From Dudresnaya verticillata (Eukaryota), in the NCBI GenBank assembly GCA_977862235.1, contig OZ374564.1:868001-932000 (forward strand): DNA of 64,000 nucleotides, read 5' to 3'. Below, piece after piece: positions 59,201 through 64,000 of this stretch (its first letter is position 1; each line of letters begins with the position of its first letter). The notes beneath the pieces were generated by a model, which worked only from the letters and a program-made list of their open reading frames with translations, was not told the DNA's origin and searched no databases. Both the position numbers and the translations under genes were made by a program.

Positions 59201-60631
59201 ATGCAGTGTGTATTTGGGGATCCAAGAAGCAGTCAACTGTTGCTCTCTCAACTTGCGAGTCGGAGTACTATGCAATGACTCTGGCTGCGAAAGAGACGGT
59301 TTGGGTCACGCGAGTGCTGAAGGAGGCCGACTTGAACGTCGAAGGCCCGGTTCCATTGAGATCAGACAACCAGTCTGCCATCAATTGGGCTACTGGAGAA
59401 CGCTGTCCGTCTGGTCGTGCCAAGCACATCGACGTTCGTGTACACTTCATTCGCGAACTTGTCGCCGACTCTGTTCTGGAAGTGGTGTATGTGCCGTCAG
59501 AAGACAACGACGCGGACTTGCTGACAAAGCCACTCGGGCCCACTTTGCTCAATAGGATTCTACCAAGGGTTGGACTTGGAGGAGCCATCGAGGAGGAGTG
59601 TTGAGGACATGGTCGCTGGCGCCTCACGTCACGGGTCAGGTACCCCAGATGGTACCCTGGCACGCTTTCACCAAACCTTCCGGAGACGACAGCCCTTTTT
59701 CCGGGCTTCCAAAATCACGGCGCATTTAGGCCTTTTGCAAAAGCAACGTGAAACGGGCTTCTGATTGGTTGTTACAAACCGCCTCCATGGTCTATATGGC
59801 TTACAAGTGTTGTGCTGGAATTGGCGGTTATAACAGGAACGGCCAAGTGGAACGATCTGATTGGACCACATGGATGCACGTGGTATGGCATGGAATGGTA
59901 CTGGTATGACGCGCACTGTACTCCACAAGTACATATGAACGTGCCATGCAATGTGCTGATGGCGTCTGAGTTGGTACTGCAGGGACTTGCGCTACGTGGA
60001 GCCTGGCTTGTGATATCAGCAGATGCAGTTGTCGTGCGGCCAACACGTCGGTTTACAGTTGCCACGTAGCTGTCGTGCGCCCGACACGTTGGTTTACAGT
60101 TGCCACGTAGGTGTCGTGCGGCCGACACGTTGGTTTACAGCTGCCACGTAGGCAAATCTGGGTGATTACGTGGTCAATGATCCAAGTTGGATATTCATGG
60201 ACGGACTTCAGCTCGTAAGTGCGGCCACGTGGTATGCAGTGTTGTCCGACAGCAGTCATGCGGGGACACTCGATACTTTCGAGTTCCCGCCCAAAGTTGG
60301 AGTACATATGGATGGCAGGAAATGCGGTCGCAAGAGGGATTGCTGATGTCAGCAGTTAGCAACACTGGTGTGCAAGTTCCCGCCCATTTTGGTGGCGGAT
60401 GTGAGTGTGCTGAGAGTATGATTTGGTAGATTTGATTGCTTTACTTTTTCCCGCCCATTTGATGATAGGGATTTTGGGCGTTTCTTTAATGATTTGTTTT
60501 GTTTGTGTTCACGCAGCAACTCATCCGAAAAGCTGATATAAGCCATGTCGGATGGTCGACTGCAGTAAACGAAGTCAAGCGACTTCCATTTCTCATCTTG
60601 TTCAACTCCAACCTCTCCATATTTCTTTTCA
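53294..60631 (+). mobile_element. Copia-4: complete LTR-to-LTR unit without its own TSD
   Basis: LTRs at 53294-54325 and 59599-60631; PBS at 54326. Left flank is PPT/pol, right flank is gag interior. Confidence 0.93.
55282..59604 (+). CDS. Copia polyprotein, 1440 aa, intact
   Basis: Near-identical to the other copies; all motifs present. Confidence 0.97.
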   Translation: MTDTEAEMDTSSGVKIPRFHGRRGDDYSLWRHRLRAACRIKGVWNVVHTSNDTPSSSQSTGEASADTSILHARTLAKREKACGIIISALGDAPLRVVMEVDDDPKRMLELLDSRYASSRTVSRIAVQTKLFRMTYTGQNMSSYVDQYTSLFAQLDRMGNDSAIPETHKAPMLLASIDPSCHLESTAAALRTKDAAELTWDYVATTLIDEYNAKDSHGSNAGGRSSKSKSRRKKKKKSASSGSRQQHNPLDDNDDSDDSSDIESTVRALAVALKSAKQAHSTPNRHLHCDVCDKDGHTADRCYLNPENPNNKLPPKVRQMFTNQGKKGNANSAVAASGKNNGKSAKVEIAGASVEMTTVVPPNDQGTYADSGATVHCFHSMTSFVPSSVSRCEKRTVVLADKSSVTSDLCGDVILPFEHANIRLKKALFIPQMGYNLVSTGRLADKGIESHFRRLDVRLVLDSDGYYIGSGVRDASSGMYMLPEPEPHTSEEQVLAVPSTQQTTELWHRRLAHINFRDLAKVHEHVEGVPELGSTHEVCRACRLGKAHKQSFPGHFRPAKAVGDLVHSDIVGPIQISFPDRFRYATTFLDDKSRFLVVACMRSRRMLSAAFDQASAKFIELGGAEITKLHSDGAQEYLALQKDLGGVGDSGKSFSPPYTPELNGIAERVNRTMVEAALTLLIQADLPGCLWPFALKHVNYVRNRVPHSTVGATPYSVMTGDVPDLKHLRVFGCAAYVLRLPRGSKFESRALEGVHLETLEHGIYRILVTGGDGIPRVVESRHVTFDESKFPGAPSLLEYGQDEADSDEDYESNSEASIFNSDSDDDVSLGNFEDEEDAIEVDTPSSPPLPPSEPSSFESDDTAEEENVSDSPPAGVSSDPERQQQSRYPRRQRRQTSKWFMASSAQAEQQVALTTGDEPTLREAMSATPEERGLWQSAIDDEFASLESKGTWVRDDSPGAQPLPTHAVLKVKRKSDGTVERFKARVVAGGNFQTYGEDYMETYAPVVSFSLVRMFLYLVLCLNLFVAQLDVKTAFLNGDLAEHVWVMSPRGIPGRESLCYKLLKAMYGLKQAHLAWHTKLCGDLARMMFEELPSAPCVFRRKSKSSGYAYILVYVDDLLILAPRKAERDAIVKELQGLYDLRLSEGVDLFLGVELGWKLDSDGRFVSLKMTQQVYTESVLRRFGLQNSKPACTPMVESFFTGLAAEEDKAVVSVETYQQMIGSLLYLGLRTRLDILASVLILARFQKAPTAYCHRGVKRVLRYLRGTHKHGVTYQSGSIRIQAYVDADYAGDTTDRKSMSGYMVKLGDAVCIWGSKKQSTVALSTCESEYYAMTLAAKETVWVTRVLKEADLNVEGPVPLRSDNQSAINWATGERCPSGRAKHIDVRVHFIRELVADSVLEVVYVPSEDNDADLLTKPLGPTLLNRILPRVGLGGAIEEEC

Positions 60632-63456
60632 GATTCTCATGGATCAAACGCAGGTGGGAGATCCAGTAAGTCGAAGAGTCGTCGGAAGAAGAAAAAGAAG
60701 TCCGCGTCGTCAGGTTCTCGCCAGCAACACAACCCGCTGGATGACAACGACGACTCCGATGACTCTTCTGATATTGAATCCACCGTCCGTGCGTTGGCGG
60801 TTGCACTCAAGTCCGCCAAGCAGGCTCACTCCACCCCGAACCGGCGCCTTCACTGTGATGTTTGCGACAAGGATGGACACACCGCGGATCGATGCTATCT
60901 CAATCCGGAAAATCCTAACAACAAGCTTCCTCCAAAGGTGCGACAGATGTTCACCAACCAGGGCAAAAAGGGCAACGCCAACTCGGCGGTAGCTGCATCT
61001 GGTAAGAATAATGGTAAATCTGCAAAGGTAGAAATCGCCGGTGCATCGGTTGAGATGACTACTGTTGTTCCTCCGAACGACCAAGGAACGTATGCCGACA
61101 GTGGAGCAACTGTGCATTGCTTCCACTCAATGACTTCTTTTGTACCGAGCTCAGTATCGCGCTGCGAAAAGCGTACTGTAGTGCTTGCGGACAAGTCGTC
61201 TGTCACCTCAGACCTATGTGGAGATGTGATTCTGCCGTTTGAGCATGCCAATATTCGGCTCAAGAAGGCCCTCTTCATCCCGCAGATGGGATACAATCTT
61301 GTCTCTACTGGGCGTTTGGCAGATAAAGGAATTGAATCCCACTTTCGCCGCTTGGACGTGCGCTTGGTACTCGACTCTGATGGGTACTATATTGGATCCG
61401 GTGTTCGCGATGCGAGTTCTGGAATGTACATGCTACCAGAACCCGAGCCGCACACTTCGGAGGAGCAAGTACTGGCTGTCCCCAGCACGCAGCAAACTAC
61501 TGAGCTCTGGCATCGACGTCTTGCCCACATTAATTTTCGGGACTTGGCCAAAGTGCACGAGCATGTTGAGGGTGTTCCGGAGTTGGGCTCCACTCATGAA
61601 GTGTGTCGGGCTTGTAGACTTGGGAAAGCACACAAACAATCATTCCCAGGGCACTTCCGCCTGGCCAAAGCTGTCGGTGATCTCGTGCATTCCGACATTG
61701 TGGGTCCAATCCAGATCTCCTTTCCCGATCGTTTCCGGTATGCCACGACGTTTCTGGATGACAAATCCCGTTTCTTGGTCGTCGCATGTATGAGAAGTCG
61801 CCGTATGTTGAGTGCAGCATTTGATCAAGCTTCAGCAAAGTTTATCGAGCTTGGAGGAGCGGAAATAACAAAACTCCACTCAGACGGGGCTCAGGAGTAT
61901 TTGGCTTTGCAGAAAGATTTGGGAGGAGTTGGAGACAGTGGCAAATCCTTCTCCCCACCTTATACTCCGGAGCTCAATGGAATCGCGGAAAGGGTGAACC
62001 GAACCATGGTGGAAGCTGCCCTGACTTTGCTGATCCAGGCTGATCTACCGGGATGTTTGTGGCCGTTTGCACTGAAGCATGTCAACTACGTGCGCAATCG
62101 GGTACCACACTCAACCGTTGGGGCTACGCCATACTCGGTCATGACAGGTGATGTTCCTGATTTAAAACATTTAAGAGTGTTTGGATGTGCTGCATATGTC
62201 CTAAGGCTCCCACGCGGATCCAAGTTCGAGTCTCGTGCACTTGAGGGGGTGCACTTGGAGACTCTAGAGCATGGGATCTACAGGATATTGGTCACTGGCG
62301 GTGACGGTATACCTCGTGTGGTTGAGTCGCGGCATGTCACATTCGACGAGTCCAAATTCCCGGGTGCTCCAAGCCTGTTGGAATATGGGCAGGACGAGGC
62401 AGATTCGGATGAAGATTACGAGTCTAACTCAGAGGCCTCTATTTTCAACTCGGACTCTGATGACGATGTGTCGCTGTGTAACTTTGAGGATGAAGAGGAT
62501 GCGATTGAAGTTGACACACCTTCTTCACCTCCACTACCTCCATCAGAACCCAGCTCATTCGAATCTGATGACACGGCTGAGGAAGAAAACGTCTCTGACA
62601 GTCCTCCGGCTGGTGTGAGTTCAGATCCAGAACGCCAGCAACAGAGTCGATATCCTCGTCGCCAACGTCGCCAGACGTCGAAATGGTTTATGGCGAGCTC
62701 TGCACAAGCTGAACAACAGGTTGCCCTCACAACGGGAGATGAGCCCACTCTTCGAGAGGCCATGTCTGCCACTCCGGAGGAGCGCGGGTTGTGGCAATCT
62801 GCCATTGATGATGAGTTCGCATCCTTGGAATCCAAAGGCACTTGGGTCCGTGATGACAGTCCCGGTGCACAGCCGCTTCCAACGCACGCCGTGCTGAAAG
62901 TTAAACGCAAGTCCGACGGGACCGTCGAGCGCTTCAAAGCGCGGGTCGTCGCTGGTGGAAACTTCCAGACGTATGGTGAAGACTACATGGAAACATACGC
63001 CCCAGTTGTGTCGTTCTCGCTGGTGCGCATGTTCCTATACTTGGTACTGTGTTTGAACCTGTTTGTTGCACAGCTAGACGTGAAGACGGCTTTCCTGAAT
63101 GGTGATCTGGCAGAACACGTGTGGGTAATGTCACCGCGTGGGATTCCTGGAAGGGAATCTCTCTGTTACAAACTTCTGAAAGCTATGTATGGGCTAAAAC
63201 AGGCTCACCTAGCTTGGCACACCAAGCTGTGTGGTGACCTTGCTAGGATGATGTTTGAGGAATTGCCAAGTGCACCTTGCGTGTTTCGTCGCAAATCCAA
63301 GTCTTCTGGATACGCATACATCTTGGTGTACGTTGATGACTTGCTCATCCTCGCGCCCACAAAGGCGGAGAGAGACGCCATTGTTAAGGAGCTGCAGGGC
63401 CTCTACGATCTACGGCTGTCTGAAGGGGTTGACCTCTTCCTCGGAGTCGAGCTTGG
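60632..63456 (+). pseudogene. Copia internal fragment (mid-gag to mid-RT)
   Basis: Begins GATTCTCATGG (DSHG in gag) and ends GTCGAGCTTGG (LGVELG). Confidence 0.92.
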
Positions 63457-63801
63457 CACGTTCATGTGTACTTGTGGAGTACAGTGCGCGTCATACCAGT
63501 ACCATTCCATGCCATACCACGTGCATCCATGTGGTCCAATCAGATCATTCCACTTGGCCGTTCCTGTTCTAACCGCCAATTCCAGCACAACACTTGTAAG
63601 CCATATAGACCATGGAGGCGGTTTGTAACAACCAATCAGAAGCCCGTTTCACGTTGCTTTTGCAAAAGGCCTAAATGCGCCGTGATTTTGGAAGCCCGGA
63701 AAAAGGGCTGTCGTATCCGGAAGGTTTGGTGACAGCGTGCCAGGGTGCCATCTGGGGTGCCTGACCCGTGACGTGAGGCGCCAGCGACCATGTCCTCAAC
63801 A
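63454..63801 (-). repeat. Partial Copia LTR (first ~348 bp), outer end of Copia-3
   Basis: Reverse complement of the LTR start; ends CTCAACA next to CCCAG. Confidence 0.92.
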
Positions 63802-64000
63802 CCCAGGTATTCTGCGGTGGCACGGCAGCCGGAAAAGCAGCATTCTCTTGGACCGGATTTCCAAAAGACACAACTTGATTGCCGTGGCGTAGGTTCACAT
63901 TTGTCTTGGCACGTTTATCCGGGCGAGGAGAGACTGAACGCTTACGGCGTCTTGCTCGGTTCGTAATCGGAGATTTAGATCTTTCTTCCGCATCGCGTTC

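Larger units (their letters stand above)
45406..63801 (-). mobile_element. Copia-3 (minus strand), TSD CCCAG, containing a LINE and plus-strand Copia pieces
   Basis: 3' LTR 45406-46397 (992 bp); internal region to 52182; partial 5' LTR 63454-63801. CCCAG at 45401-45405 and 63802-63806. Confidence 0.85.

Noticed and set aside
52157..63628. 380-aa and 944-aa ORFs as independent genes
   Set aside because: Truncated Copia pol pieces with junction-derived ends.

Overview
Eukaryotic window with no recognisable host gene, made almost entirely of nested transposable elements. The element types and motifs suggest a red macroalga (inference only). Young elements: one Ty1/Copia family with ~1.0-kb TG...CA LTRs, a half-tRNA-iMet PBS and a 1440-aa polyprotein. 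It is present as two clean insertions with TSDs (4484-11849, 28955-36273) and as an 18.4-kb rearranged multi-copy complex bracketed by one TSD pair (45406-63801). There is also an APE-RT LINE without a poly(A) tail, present as a long copy (<1-4178) and a 5'-truncated copy inside a Copia (47865-49008). Older, decayed elements: a Sola/DUF7869-like transposase split by both the LINE and Copia-1; a possible CxC/KDZ-like gene; a pogo-like transposase; a Tc3-like Tc1/mariner with TIRs; a CACTA/EnSpm-like transposase split by a Gypsy solo LTR; and two truncated Gypsy elements. All calls come from visual motif and junction inspection; no searches were run.
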